A stretch of 64,000 bases of DNA from Polyangiales bacterium (GTDB taxonomy: Bacteria; Myxococcota_A; Polyangia; Polyangiales; Ga0077539), in contig JBGARZ010000010.1 of assembly GCA_044229975.1 (NCBI GenBank), positions 288,001 to 352,000 of the forward strand, in the 5' to 3' direction. The notes beneath the pieces are model-generated. The model had not been told where the DNA came from and did not search any database. It worked only from the letters and a program-made list of their open reading frames with translations. The number at the start of each line of letters is the position of its first letter. The first letter of the stretch is position 1. Positions 37,485-46,755 of the stretch are shown piece after piece. The translations under genes were made by a program, and so were the position numbers.

Positions 37485-38537
37485 ATGAGAACATCACTGA
37501 TTCACGCAGGTATCCTGGCCGCGGCGTTTGGTTGCAGTTCGACCACGCCCGCCCCGAGCTCGTCGCTCAACGCCACCGCCACCAACGACGTCGACGCCCA
37601 CGTCTCGATGCTCACCAACGAGCCCGACGCGGGCGCGGTCGCCCCGACGCCGCCGCCCGCCCCGGAGCCCGTTCGCATCACCGCAGGTGAGCGCCGCGCG
37701 GTCCCGGCCCCGTTGCCGCGGGTGACCATCACGGCGCCGCGCAACGGCGTCACGGTGCGCGAAGACCGCGTCGAGGTGCGCCTCGCCATCACCAACTGGC
37801 GTGACGTCGCCAACGCCGGCGACCACCGCCACATCCACCTCGTGCTCGACGACGAGCCCTATCGGCGCGTCGATGATCCGCGGCAGCCCGTGGTGCTCGA
37901 ACACCTCTCGCCCGGCACGCACGTGCTCCGCGCCTTCCCCGGTTGGGAGACGCACGAGACCGTGAAGGAGCCCGGGGCCTTCGCGGTGGCGGTGTTTCAC
38001 GTCGGCCGGGCCGCGCAGAACTTCGCGTTCAATCCGCGCTCGCCGCTGCTCACGTATTCGCGGCCGAAGGGCGAGGTCAACGGCTCCGAGGCCAACCGCA
38101 TCCTGCTCGACTTCTACCTCTCCAACATCCCCGCCAACGGCATGGGGGCGCAGGGCTTCCGCGTGCGTCCCTCCATCGACGGGCACGCGATGGATGACCT
38201 GACGGCGTGGGTTCCGTACTACATCGAAAACCTCCCGGACGGACCGCACACCATCGGGTTGCAGCTCATCGGACGCGACGGCGCGCCCGTCGCCGGGCCC
38301 TTCAACACGACCGAGCATCGCATCACGGTCAACCGCTCGGCGGCCGCGGCTCCGCACGGTCCCGCGGGCGTCGTGGTGACCCCCAACGTGACCACCCGCA
38401 ATCCCGCGACGGCGGACCCGACGGTTCCGCCCGCGACGCCGACCGCGGTGTCGGTGCCGACGGCGCTCGACCCGACGGTTGCGCCCGCGGCTGCTCCGAC
38501 GGCGCCGCCCTCCGAGATGCCCCACTCGGGGCACTGA
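37485..38537 (+). CDS. Lipoprotein with His-motif Ig-like domain
   Basis: Lipobox AFGC; HRHIHLVLDDEPY..LSPGTHVLRAFP..HETVK..PLLTYSRPKG; Pro/Thr-rich tail. Confidence 0.75.
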   Translation: MRTSLIHAGILAAAFGCSSTTPAPSSSLNATATNDVDAHVSMLTNEPDAGAVAPTPPPAPEPVRITAGERRAVPAPLPRVTITAPRNGVTVREDRVEVRLAITNWRDVANAGDHRHIHLVLDDEPYRRVDDPRQPVVLEHLSPGTHVLRAFPGWETHETVKEPGAFAVAVFHVGRAAQNFAFNPRSPLLTYSRPKGEVNGSEANRILLDFYLSNIPANGMGAQGFRVRPSIDGHAMDDLTAWVPYYIENLPDGPHTIGLQLIGRDGAPVAGPFNTTEHRITVNRSAAAAPHGPAGVVVTPNVTTRNPATADPTVPPATPTAVSVPTALDPTVAPAAAPTAPPSEMPHSGH

Positions 38538-38542
38538 CCTTC

Positions 38543-39475
38543 TCAGCGTGAAGCGCGGCGGTTGAGGAGCTGGCTCTGAAGCTCCCTCAACGCGCCGTGC
38601 GCCGCGGCCTCGATGGCCCGCAGCCGCAGCCGTGGCAGCGGGTCGGGCAGGTCGGGAATCACGGGTGGTGCTTCCTGAACGGTTCCTGACCCGGCGAGCG
38701 TGGCGGCGATGGCGTGCGCGGGCTCGCTCAACAGCACCAGCGAGACCTCGGCGCGGACGGCGATGTTGCCGCTCTCGCGCAGCGTGGTGAGGCCGCCTTC
38801 GAGCGAGTAGCGGCGCAGGCTCCCAGAGCGCAGTCGGGCGGTCACGGACGAGGGGAGCGTGGTGCCCGGGTGGAGGGCGTAGCGCTCGTCTTCGACCATG
38901 GCCGACTGGAGTGCTTCACGCAGTCGCAGCACGTGGCCCGCGTCGAGGGTGGCGTGGTTGGCGATGGGTCCGAGCGAGATGAGCACACGAACGCGCGACC
39001 AGTTGATGCGCCGCGGGGTGGGCGTCGCGACGGGCTGGATGGTCGGCACCGCCGCGGGGTTGGCGGCGGACTGCGCCGACCAGGCGCCCGCGGTGTGCGT
39101 GGGCATGCGCGCCATGAGCGTGTGGAGGGCGTGCATGACGGCGTCGCGGGCGGCGGCGTCGTGGTCGAGGGCGTGGTGGTTGAGGGCCGTGGTGGCGGCG
39201 GGGTCACCGAGGGCTTCGAGGGCCTGGGCGGAGGCCACGCGGACGGTGGCGGCGCGGTCGCCGAGGGCGGCTTCGAGGGCGGCGCGAGCGCCCATGGGGC
39301 GGAGTCGACCGAGGGCCTCGGCGGCGCGCGCGCGGGCGCCCGCATCGGGCGAACGACGCAGGAGGTCGATGGCCGGAGACGACTGCGCGAAGGTGTTGGG
39401 GGCGAGGAGCGAGAGGGACAGGGAGAGCGAGAGGGCGAGGGCGCGAAGCGGGGCGGCTCGATCGGCAGGGCTCAC
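38543..39475 (-). CDS. Secreted HEAT-repeat protein
   Basis: Signal peptide followed by ARARAAEALGRL..LEAALGDRAATVRVASAQALEALGD. GTG start inferred. Confidence 0.7.
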   Translation of the reverse strand: MSPADRAAPLRALALSLSLSLSLLAPNTFAQSSPAIDLLRRSPDAGARARAAEALGRLRPMGARAALEAALGDRAATVRVASAQALEALGDPAATTALNHHALDHDAAARDAVMHALHTLMARMPTHTAGAWSAQSAANPAAVPTIQPVATPTPRRINWSRVRVLISLGPIANHATLDAGHVLRLREALQSAMVEDERYALHPGTTLPSSVTARLRSGSLRRYSLEGGLTTLRESGNIAVRAEVSLVLLSEPAHAIAATLAGSGTVQEAPPVIPDLPDPLPRLRLRAIEAAAHGALRELQSQLLNRRASR

Positions 39476-39604
39476 GGGTGATCTCCTAGGAGCGATCGAT
39501 GCGGGGAGGGGGCGAGACGTTCTACGCGCAGGGGGAGAGATGAGCAACGGGCGGGCGATGGCGCTGTAAGGTTCGGCGCGCTCACGGGACAGACGGGGCA
39601 TCCG

Positions 39605-40162
39605 ATGGGTGACCTGTCCTTCCCCGACGCCGCTACGCTGCCCGACGTGACCGATGCCGAGCGCGCCCGAACCTTCACCGAGTGGATGAGCGCCCACGGC
39701 CCGGGGCTGCGCCGCGCCGCCGCGAGCTACGCGCACACCGCGGCCGAGCAGGACGACCTCGCGCAGCAGATCGCCCTCGCGCTGTGGCAGGCGCTGCCGT
39801 CGTTTCGCGGGGAGTGCAGCGCGCGCACGTTTGCGTTTCGGGTGGCGCACAACCAGGGGCTGCACTTCGCGACGCGCGAGCGGCTGCGACGGCCGCACCC
39901 GGACTCCGACGCGCGCGTGGGGGCGCTCGAAGATCATCGGCCCGACCCCGAGCACACGCTCGATGCGCGCCGTCGACGCGAGCGGATGTTCGCGGCGCTG
40001 CGGGCGCTGGCGCTGCCGCACCGGCAGGTGCTGACGCTGGCGCTGGAGGGCCTCGCCCACGACGAGATCGCGGCGGTGCTCGGGATCACCGTCAACAACG
40101 TAGGCGTGCGGCTGAGCCGGGCGCGCGAGGCGCTGCGCGCGCAGATGGGAGGCGATCGATGA
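39605..40162 (+). CDS. ECF RNA polymerase sigma factor
   Basis: DDLAQQIALALWQALPSFRGECSARTFAFRVAHN (region 2) and EGLAHDEIAAVLGITVNNVGVRLSRAR (region 4). Confidence 0.93.
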   Translation: MGDLSFPDAATLPDVTDAERARTFTEWMSAHGPGLRRAAASYAHTAAEQDDLAQQIALALWQALPSFRGECSARTFAFRVAHNQGLHFATRERLRRPHPDSDARVGALEDHRPDPEHTLDARRRRERMFAALRALALPHRQVLTLALEGLAHDEIAAVLGITVNNVGVRLSRAREALRAQMGGDR

Positions 40163-40749
40163 ACGGAGACGACGAGTGGCTCGCGTGGGAGCGGGACTTC
40201 CAGGGCGGTGCGGAGTCGGGCGGTCCGTCGGCTGCGATGACGCTGGCGGCGGTGCGCCGGGAGACGCGGCGACAGTGGGGCGGATACGCGCTGGAGCTGT
40301 TGGCGAGCGTGGGGCTGGTGGCGTTCTACGTGCTGATGATGCGGCGGCAGCGGGAGACGTGGTTCGTGGTGATGGCGTCGGCGAATTTCGCGTTCGCGGC
40401 GCTGTGGATGGGGTACCTGACGCACGTGCGGCGAGGGACGTGGTCGGCCGCGGGGCACGACGCGCGCACCTTCGTGGCGCTGACGCGGGCGCGGCGCGAG
40501 GCGGATCTACGGTGGTTCCGTTTTGGGCGGGCGATCACGGCGGTGATGCTGCTCTTCGTCGCGGCGTGGGCGCCGTTCGTGCTGCGGGCGCGGTGGGAGC
40601 GCTACGCCGCCGAGCCGTGGCGCGCGGTGGTGGGCTTCGGCGGGGCGCTGCTCATCGGGGTCGGGGTGATGGTGTATCAGACGCGGCGCATCGGGCGCGC
40701 GGGACGGGAGCTGCGGGCGTTGGATGCGGCGGGGGAGGAGGCGGGTTGA
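40159..40749 (+). CDS. Membrane protein, probable anti-sigma factor
   Basis: ATGA overlap with the ECF gene and four hydrophobic helices. Confidence 0.7.
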   Translation: MNGDDEWLAWERDFQGGAESGGPSAAMTLAAVRRETRRQWGGYALELLASVGLVAFYVLMMRRQRETWFVVMASANFAFAALWMGYLTHVRRGTWSAAGHDARTFVALTRARREADLRWFRFGRAITAVMLLFVAAWAPFVLRARWERYAAEPWRAVVGFGGALLIGVGVMVYQTRRIGRAGRELRALDAAGEEAG

Positions 40750-40772
40750 GGGGGCCAGGCGTCCTGCACGGG

Positions 40773-41264
40773 TTACGCGACGACGGGCGGAAGCGACTCC
40801 AGCCAAGCCTTCGCCTCGGCGAATGAGAGCAATCGCCCCTGCGCGCGGAGGGACGTCCACTCCGCTCCGGTGTCCTCCGTGACCGCGACGGCCTCGGTGG
40901 CTCCCTCGATCATCAGGGAGATGTGCCAGTCGGTGGTCATCGACGCTCGCTGACCACCCTTCGCCCTTTGCCAGAGGTCCCTGGTCGGAAACCGATCGGC
41001 GAGGAGGTCGGCCCACCGCCGAGCACAATCGAGGTCCAGCGTGAGCGTTTCGATCTCGAGACCGCCGGGGGCGAAGACCGAGTCGAACATCACTTCGTCG
41101 AACTGCGCTCCCCGCTCCAATCGCTTGAACCGCCGGGTCTCCAGATAGACCTGAGGATGGATGACCACCGGCACGCCGCGCTGGTTTGCGAGCCGCACCA
41201 GGGGCAGGAAGCTCGCGGCGTTTCTCGTGATGTTCGTGTCGGGCCAGAGCACCCGCGTCGTCAT
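40773..41264 (-). CDS. PIN-like domain protein (putative nuclease toxin)
   Basis: N-terminal VLWPDTNI, then IHPQVYLE, TDWHI and VTED. This fits the spaced acidic tetrad of PIN/VapC. ATGA overlap with the upstream ATPase. Confidence 0.6.
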   Translation of the reverse strand: MTTRVLWPDTNITRNAASFLPLVRLANQRGVPVVIHPQVYLETRRFKRLERGAQFDEVMFDSVFAPGGLEIETLTLDLDCARRWADLLADRFPTRDLWQRAKGGQRASMTTDWHISLMIEGATEAVAVTEDTGAEWTSLRAQGRLLSFAEAKAWLESLPPVVA

Positions 41265-42517
41265 TCGTCGGTTCCGTCGACGGCCCCGTCGCCCAGCATC
41301 GACGCGAGCTGGTCCTCCCGCCACGCCTCCCACGCGCGGCTGCCCTTCACGAACCAGACGGCGCCCCCGCGCTCGATGCCCATCTCGTGGCGCATCCCAT
41401 CCGGCAGCCGCGTGTAGCCCTCGCCTGTGACCCAGTGGGAGAGCGCCCCAGCCTTTCGCGCGCGATCTGCCAGCACGGGATCGCCGCGCTCCGACGGAGC
41501 CTTAGCCACCCTCACTCCGCGCTCGTCGCGCTCGAAGCGCACCACCTCGGGACCATCGAAGGACGGGACGTGGCTCTCGATGATGATCTGGTCCTTAAAG
41601 CCGGCGTCGACCAGCTCTTCGAGCACGCGGCGAAAGATGATCTGGTTGTCGACGTCGAGGTTGAGCTCGGGTTCTTGGATGGCGAGCACCGCCGCGCGGG
41701 AGAGCATGACGCTGGCGAGGAGCGTAACGATCTGCTGCTCGCCGGAGCTCAGCTCTTCGAGACCCAAGATGAGCCGCCCCCGCTCTTCGAAGGTGAGCTG
41801 TGGGACCGAGTTGGCGCCGATGCGGTCGATCGAGACGACCCGCCCCTTAAAGGCGTCGAAGCGGCCGAGCACTTCGGCGAAATAGCGCCACGACTCGCGG
41901 TCTCGCGGCTCTCGGGAGGTTCGAAGCGAGAAGAGCTGCTCCGCTAGTGCGCCGTGAAGCAGAACATCGGAAAACTGCGGTTGCTGCCAGGAGATCTGTC
42001 GACGACTGCTGACGATATCAAACGCATGACTGGCGTCGCCAAAGGGGGCCGAAACCCACGTGCGTAGCTCTTGCGCACGCTCTTTCGAGCCCAGGATGCG
42101 AGCCGCAGTCTCATCTCCAGAGACAACCAAGACAGGCGTATTGGGGCCGACTTCGAAAGAGAACAGAAACTCGCCCAGATCGGTGTTCTCAAGTGCCAAT
42201 ACCAACTTGAACGGGTGTCGCGAATCGACCGGTCTGTCTCGCGGAGCAACGCCAAACTGGGATTGTCGCTCGCCAAAACTACTCTTCCAGTCACCCGCTG
42301 GGCCGCCACTGGCGCGCACGCTCGCAAGCAGGTGGAAGGCGATCATCAGCGCCACCTGCGCCGTCGACTTGCCCGTCCCGTTGCGCCCGTGGAAAGTCAC
42401 CACCGGGTCAGCGAGCGGGATCTCAACCCGCTCGCCAAACACGCGGAAGTTCTCGATCGCGAGGGACTTCACCCGGAGGGATGGCCCGATCCGGGGCGGT
42501 AGCATTGGCACGTTCAT
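41261..42517 (-). CDS. ABC-type (AAA_15/AAA_21) ATPase with C-terminal AbrB-like segment
   Basis: IENFRVF, Walker A GRNGTGKST, LSSGEQQ, AIQEPELNL, IIESH. Tail WVTGEGYTRLPDGMRHEMGIERGGAVWF. Confidence 0.85.
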   Translation of the reverse strand: MNVPMLPPRIGPSLRVKSLAIENFRVFGERVEIPLADPVVTFHGRNGTGKSTAQVALMIAFHLLASVRASGGPAGDWKSSFGERQSQFGVAPRDRPVDSRHPFKLVLALENTDLGEFLFSFEVGPNTPVLVVSGDETAARILGSKERAQELRTWVSAPFGDASHAFDIVSSRRQISWQQPQFSDVLLHGALAEQLFSLRTSREPRDRESWRYFAEVLGRFDAFKGRVVSIDRIGANSVPQLTFEERGRLILGLEELSSGEQQIVTLLASVMLSRAAVLAIQEPELNLDVDNQIIFRRVLEELVDAGFKDQIIIESHVPSFDGPEVVRFERDERGVRVAKAPSERGDPVLADRARKAGALSHWVTGEGYTRLPDGMRHEMGIERGGAVWFVKGSRAWEAWREDQLASMLGDGAVDGTDE

Positions 42518-42578
42518 CGCGACCAGAGCGTACCCGCCACCCACGCCGCGTGGCTACCTCAAGCTCCATCGCCCTCCC

Positions 42579-45104
42579 TCAATCCGCGTCCCCCGTAGGC
42601 CCCGCGAGCGGCCACTCCACCATCGCCATCGGAACCCCGGTGCGTGACGTCACCATCAGCATCCAGCGCAACACCGCGAGCGACTCCCGCCCGCCCAGCA
42701 GCATGTGCGTCAGCGCCTCCGTCGCGCTCGGCGCACCGTTGCCCGGCGCCTCGCTCACCAGCATCCCGATGATGGTGCGCAACAACCCGCCCGGCTCCGA
42801 CGGCAGCTCCACCACCTCCGCGTCGTCGGGCAGCTGGCCCAGCGCGCGCGCCCGTCGCAGCGCCGTCAGCAAGCCACCCTCGCGGTCGACCAGCCCGAGG
42901 CTGTGCGCCCGCGACCCGAGGTACACGCGGCCCTCTCCCACCGCATCGATCTCCGCCGTCGTGCGGTGCCGCCCGCTCGCCACCCGCTGCAAGAACAGCC
43001 CGTAGAACTCCCCGATCTTCCCCGCGAGAAACCTCCGCTCCTCCGGCGTGTACGGGCGAAACAGGCTGTCCATGTCCGCGCGCTCGCCGCGCCGCGACAG
43101 CTCCACGCCGACGTGCAGCCGCGACAGCAGACCCGCCACGTCGGCCTTGCCGTAGAAGATCCCGATGGAGCCCGTCAGCGTCGATGGGTCGGCGATGATC
43201 TCCCGTGCGCCCGCGCCGATGTAGTACCCGCCCGACGCCGCGATGCGACCAAACGATGCCACCACCGGCTTGCGTCGATTGGCCTGCGCCACCGCCCGCC
43301 ACACCAGATCGCTCGCCAGCGCGCTGCCGCCAGGGGAGTCCACCCGCAGCACGATGGCGCCCACGTTGGGCGACGCGGCCGCCGCCTCGATGGCCTCGAT
43401 CAGCGTGCGCTCACCCGCCATGCGCATCCCGATGAGCGGGATCTCCGAGCTCTCGCCCTCCACGATGTCGCCGTCGACGTAGATCACCGCCACGCTCCGA
43501 CCAGGGCCCCACCGCCGCGACCGCAGCGGCGCGAAGTCCTCCAGGTCGACCCGCCCCACACCCATCCCATCCGCGAAGACCCGCTCTGCCGTCGCGCGCG
43601 TCGACACCGCGTCGACCATGCGCCGCGTGCGCGCCTCCCGCGCCGTGTACGGACCGCCCACCACCAGCGCCCGCGCGTCCGTCGCCGACAGCTCGCGCGA
43701 CGACGCGATGCCGGCCACGAGCGTTCCCAGGGTGTCGTCGAGGATCTGCTCCTCCTGCTCGCGCGCCGGCTCGGTGCTCGTCGCCCGCGTGAACTGCTCG
43801 GCCGCGCTCTTCCAATCACCGATCCGAACGAAGTCCGTCCGCACCCCGATGGACCACAGCGCCGGACCCAGGAAGTACCGCATCGCGCGCAACCCCTGGA
43901 GACGCACGCCGCCCGCCGGATCCAAGCTCACCCGATCGACGCCCGCGCACGCGTACCAGGTGCTCGCCGTCGCGTCGGTGAGGTGACACGCCACCCGCTT
44001 GCCCCGCCGTCGCAGCAGCGCAAATGCCTCGCGCAGCTCCTCCGCGTGCGCGAGTCCGCCGACCTCGCCGCGCGGCGCAAACATCACGCCCCGCACCGAC
44101 GGATCACGCGACAGACGCTCCATCCGCATCACCAATCGGGCGAGGGCGCGCGCGTCGGGCGACGAGTCCATGCTCACGGTCACGGCCACGCCCGGCGTCG
44201 GCAGGCCCACCGCACCGCGATCGCCGTCCACCCCGACGCTCGCGTACCAGCCCGCCGCATCGTCGCTACGAACGAAGCCACCGCCGCCTGCGTTGTAGCG
44301 GCCCCACACCATCTCCAACCCGACGCCCGCACGCCACGCGTCGAGGCCGAAATCCCACACGCCCTCGGCGCGCAGAAAGCCCACGTGGGGAATGGCGAGC
44401 CGCGTCCCAGCCCGCGCCTGGAGGTCACCCTGCTGCGCCCAGGCGCCGTCGATGCCGAGGGTCCACGCGTCGGTCCCGACGGGTCGAACGGCGACGCCCG
44501 CGACCACCTGGCGGTCGAGACCCAGCGCCAGGTTTTGCGGTCCTGTCACGCCGCGCATGACGACGCCGATGGCGCCGTACGCCGATGGTCGCCAGAGCGC
44601 GCCGACGTCCAAGGCCACGCGGCCGTCGACCGTCTCGCCCGCTGATCCAGCGCCCGCGCCGGTGCCCGCGAAGACGCGGGTGCGGACGCCGATGGACAGC
44701 CGTCGGTCGAGCGACCACCCGAGCCCGAGGTCGACCGAACCCCACTGCCCGAGGCTCGCGCCCGAGCCCACGGCCACTGCATCGGGGCGCGCGTAGGTCG
44801 CGCCCACCGACACACCGAACCCGAAGGGCAACGGCGTCGCCCAGCTCGCGGCGGTTGCGTTGAGGGCCGTTCCGCCGCGCGCGACCTCCTCGGTGTGCGT
44901 GAGCCGCGCCGACCAGTTGCGCCCCAGCGGAACGCCCGCTGGATTGACCCGCGCGGCTTCGGCGCCGCTCGCTGATGCGACGGTCACGCCGGGCGCCACC
45001 ACCTCGTCGCCGAGTCCCTGCGCGTACGCCGCGCTTGTTGTCAGAGAGGAGAGTGCGAACCCGACCAGCCCGAAGCGCGTTGCCTTCACGCGAAGACCGT
45101 ACAC
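42579..45104 (-). CDS. sppA: Signal peptide peptidase SppA (protease IV) with N-terminal beta-rich extension
   Basis: GDWKSAAEQF, VLRVDSPGGSALASD, AASGGYY, TLTGSIGIF and GEGRVYLG..GLVD. Confidence 0.9.
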   Translation of the reverse strand: MYGLRVKATRFGLVGFALSSLTTSAAYAQGLGDEVVAPGVTVASASGAEAARVNPAGVPLGRNWSARLTHTEEVARGGTALNATAASWATPLPFGFGVSVGATYARPDAVAVGSGASLGQWGSVDLGLGWSLDRRLSIGVRTRVFAGTGAGAGSAGETVDGRVALDVGALWRPSAYGAIGVVMRGVTGPQNLALGLDRQVVAGVAVRPVGTDAWTLGIDGAWAQQGDLQARAGTRLAIPHVGFLRAEGVWDFGLDAWRAGVGLEMVWGRYNAGGGGFVRSDDAAGWYASVGVDGDRGAVGLPTPGVAVTVSMDSSPDARALARLVMRMERLSRDPSVRGVMFAPRGEVGGLAHAEELREAFALLRRRGKRVACHLTDATASTWYACAGVDRVSLDPAGGVRLQGLRAMRYFLGPALWSIGVRTDFVRIGDWKSAAEQFTRATSTEPAREQEEQILDDTLGTLVAGIASSRELSATDARALVVGGPYTAREARTRRMVDAVSTRATAERVFADGMGVGRVDLEDFAPLRSRRWGPGRSVAVIYVDGDIVEGESSEIPLIGMRMAGERTLIEAIEAAAASPNVGAIVLRVDSPGGSALASDLVWRAVAQANRRKPVVASFGRIAASGGYYIGAGAREIIADPSTLTGSIGIFYGKADVAGLLSRLHVGVELSRRGERADMDSLFRPYTPEERRFLAGKIGEFYGLFLQRVASGRHRTTAEIDAVGEGRVYLGSRAHSLGLVDREGGLLTALRRARALGQLPDDAEVVELPSEPGGLLRTIIGMLVSEAPGNGAPSATEALTHMLLGGRESLAVLRWMLMVTSRTGVPMAMVEWPLAGPTGDAD

Positions 45105-45137
45105 CGCCGCCCGGTGACGGGGTTATGGTCCGTCGCG

Positions 45138-45806
45138 GTGCGACGCGTCCGCGGATCATGGCTGGCGACGATGGTGGCGGGCGCGCTGACGTCGTCGACC
45201 GCTACGGCCCAGCCGGCGCCGCAGGACGCCGCGAGCTTCGAGCCGCGCGAGGTGTCTGCTCCCGCGCGGGCGCAGTACAACGAGGCCCGCGCGGCGTACG
45301 CGGCCGGTCGCTACCGACGAGCGGCGGCGCTGCTCGAAGCGGCCATCGCGCGCGACCCGGCGGGGACCAACCTGTGGTTCAACCTGGGCGTGGTGCGCGA
45401 GCGCCTCGGGGAGATCGATCAGGCGATCATCGCGTACCAGAGCTACCTCGCGCGGGTGAGGGACCCGGAGGAGCGCGCGCGCACCAACCGCATCGTGACG
45501 CGGCTCGAAGGGGCGCGGGCCGAGCTGCTCGCGGTGGGGCTGCGGCGCGGGAGAGCGGACGGGTTGTTCTTCGTGACGACGGGCGCGGCGGTGGCGAGCA
45601 CGACGCTGGGCGTGGTGTGGTTCGCGACGGAGCGGTCGTCGGGGGTGGACCCGGTGCCGGTGGTGTTCACGGCGTCGGGCATCGCGCTCGGGGTGCTGGC
45701 GACGGTGCTGTACGTGGCGCGCGAGGTGCCGCGGCCGCCGACGTACTTCGTGGGCGCGCACCCGCTGACGGGCGGCGGGGTGATGACCGTGGGGGCGATG
45801 TTCTGA
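45138..45806 (+). CDS. TPR-containing protein with C-terminal TM helices
   Basis: YAAGRYRRAAALLEAA..LWFNLGVVRERLGEIDQAIIAYQSYL. Start is uncertain; the ORF begins at 45114. Confidence 0.78.
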   Translation: MRRVRGSWLATMVAGALTSSTATAQPAPQDAASFEPREVSAPARAQYNEARAAYAAGRYRRAAALLEAAIARDPAGTNLWFNLGVVRERLGEIDQAIIAYQSYLARVRDPEERARTNRIVTRLEGARAELLAVGLRRGRADGLFFVTTGAAVASTTLGVVWFATERSSGVDPVPVVFTASGIALGVLATVLYVAREVPRPPTYFVGAHPLTGGGVMTVGAMF

Positions 45807-45845
45807 CCGCGGGCGCACCCGCTGAACGTCTGTTACTTCTCCGTC

Positions 45846-46676
45846 GTGCCCCTCCCCCGACTGCTCGCCCTCGACCTCGACGGAACCCTCCTCTGCCCCG
45901 GTGACCGCCTCGCCCCCGACGACGCAGCCGCTGTCGCGCGGGCCCAGCGCGCGGGCATCACCGTCACCATCGCCACCGGCCGCATCACCAGCGGCGCGCT
46001 CCCCACCGCCATCACCCTCGGCATGCGCGGCCCCATGGTCGTCGCCGACGGCGCCGTGCTCGCCGACACCGTCACTGGCGCACCGCTCTCGCAGCACTCG
46101 CTCCACCCCACCGTCGTCACCGACCTCACACGCACCATGGGCAGCCACGCGCTCCAGCCGTTCTGGTTTCTGCACGACGAGATTCACGGCGAGCACGGCG
46201 ACGATGCCGTCGTCGGCTACGTCCGAACGTGGTCACCGCGCGTCTCGCTCCACCCCGAGCTGCACACGTCGCTCGCGTGGGAGCGCCGCCACGAGGTCGC
46301 CATCGCCATCGGCGTCGGTTCGCAGCAGGGCGTCGAGCGCACCGCCCAATGGCTCCGCGACCACCACTCGGCTGCGGTCAACCTCGCTGCCTTCCCCCTC
46401 GACCGCGCGCAACGTTGGGCCGTGCTCGTGCGCGACACGGCCTCCGACAAGGCGCAGGGCCTCGCGCGCTTGTGCGCCCGCGAGGGCATCGCCGCCTCCG
46501 AGGTCGCCGTCGTCGGCGACTGGATCAACGACGTCCCGATGTTCCAGTGGGCGGGTCGCAGCTTCGCGATGGGGCACAGCCCCGACGAGGTGTCCAAGCA
46601 CGCGACGGAGAAGCTCACCGTCGGCGGACGCAACGGCGGCGGCGTCGCCGAAGCCATCGCGCGGCTGCTCGCGTAA
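45846..46676 (+). CDS. Cof-type HAD-IIB hydrolase
   Basis: LLALDLDGTLL, TIATGR, DKAQGL and VGDWINDVPMF..SFAMG. Confidence 0.92.
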   Translation: MPLPRLLALDLDGTLLCPGDRLAPDDAAAVARAQRAGITVTIATGRITSGALPTAITLGMRGPMVVADGAVLADTVTGAPLSQHSLHPTVVTDLTRTMGSHALQPFWFLHDEIHGEHGDDAVVGYVRTWSPRVSLHPELHTSLAWERRHEVAIAIGVGSQQGVERTAQWLRDHHSAAVNLAAFPLDRAQRWAVLVRDTASDKAQGLARLCAREGIAASEVAVVGDWINDVPMFQWAGRSFAMGHSPDEVSKHATEKLTVGGRNGGGVAEAIARLLA

Positions 46677-46755
46677 CGCACCCGCCGCTCCGGTGTAGGC
46701 GGCGCACTCGGCCCTTGCGCGGCGCGGGGTTGTTCCGTGAGAGTAAGGCACTCGC

